NCBI GenBank assembly: GCA_002189035.1
Contig: NEEC01000002.1
Coordinates: 434,001-498,000, forward strand
Direction of reading: 5' to 3'
DNA: 64,000 nt
From: Utricularia gibba
Lineage: Eukaryota > Plantae > Magnoliophyta
Shown: positions 63,093 through 64,000 of the stretch, piece by piece
How the letters are laid out: each line of letters starts with the position of its first letter
Position numbering within the stretch: the stretch's first letter is position 1
Translations under genes and position numbers: made by a program
The notes under the pieces: model-generated
Database searches by the model: none
Told to the model about the DNA's origin: nothing
Seen by the model: the letters and a program-made list of their open reading frames with translations, nothing else

Positions 63093-64000
63093 GCTGTGAA
63101 TGGATTGTTCAGTAGAATTGTTCTCCTCGATTTTGTGCCAACTTCCTCTTGTAAGAACGGCAGCAAAGCATTTCTGGCATATCTTTACATTTGATGCAAA
63201 TCAGCGGAAAAATCGGTTCATTTTCTCGGACACATTAGAGCTGGATGCTAACAGATCCGCTACAAAAACTACCATGGGAACAAAATGCAGCCGTCTTATA
63301 CACTGAAAGACAAAGTGTGCCTTACACAGGTATGTTACAGAACACCATTCCTCTGTTTCCTAAAGTTTCTTTTTCGTTCTGCCATGTGCTTACAGATTGC
63401 ATGAAGTCTTTTATATCATGTACTTAACCTTTATGTGGGAGCGTGTCAATCGATATTCGGTTATGTGGGAGAAGTTTTATATTGATGTACATTGAAGTAC
63501 TTCACTTGAAGGACATCCAGCTACCATAAATCTTGAGAGATTCATTGCATACATTGGCGTGGTGAGTAACTCAAGGACATCGCAAGCTACTCCGCGGGTG
63601 CATAATGGAAGCACTTCAACTTCACCTCACTGAACTGCACAACTGGATACCGAGCCTTGGTTCCTGAGGAATCAGACTACGCACCAGATTTATGTGCAGG
63701 GAATCCCCTTTATATCAAAAAGATTCTGTGGCAGGAAATTATGTGAGCATGCCCACCTAATCCAACACCCTTCTACGTCTCCTTCCTCAGAATCCTCACC
63801 TGCAGGTGCAGTGTCGGTCATTCATTTTCGTCAGTAATTGATGCAAAGGAAAAAAAAAAAAACAGAAGGCACTCTTTTGATTGTCATTTAGTCATAATCC
63901 TTCTTGGTATTTGCAGTTGATCTTACTTTGATCATCTCGGTAGCCCAGCAGGTGGACGCTTGGCGACACTTGGAGCTTCTTAGGTTGCGACAGCCGGTGC

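Noticed and set aside
1-64000. tRNA, rRNA, CRISPR arrays, intact LTR/DNA transposons, miRNA-length hairpins
   Set aside because: None recognised by eye. A tRNAscan/Infernal/RepeatMasker run would be needed to exclude them formally.

Overview
This is eukaryotic, flowering-plant (eudicot) nuclear DNA with very high gene density. I can support about 23 protein-coding genes in 64 kb, with mostly 70-150 bp introns and spacers often under 500 bp. This suggests a miniaturised genome such as Genlisea/Utricularia (inference, not shown). Gene order: COA5/PET191 (3' end), U2A', ClpD/ERD1, amidase, B12D/NDUFA4-like, an unannotated 41-aa PRRGQIK-motif small ORF, SDR, PPR-DYW, FIP37, SCD1, SAM methyltransferase, RPL27a, PB1 protein, NRPD2/NRPE2, PIRL LRR, CYP71, quinolinate synthase, rhodanese STR11-like, MORF2-like, PRP39, Psb28, MUR3 and an LPA1-like protein. 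At least 13 single-base -1 frameshifts fall in homopolymers across 10 otherwise intact genes, which is most simply an unpolished long-read assembly artefact. I found no tRNA, rRNA, CRISPR array or intact transposon, and no convincing new multi-gene system. The best leads are the small ORF with a stress-type promoter, a possible poison-exon region in PRP39, two GC-AG introns, a PPR-DYW with an intron-separated targeting exon, and several short unexplained GC-rich islands. Family assignments and Arabidopsis locus names are recalled from memory, not looked up.
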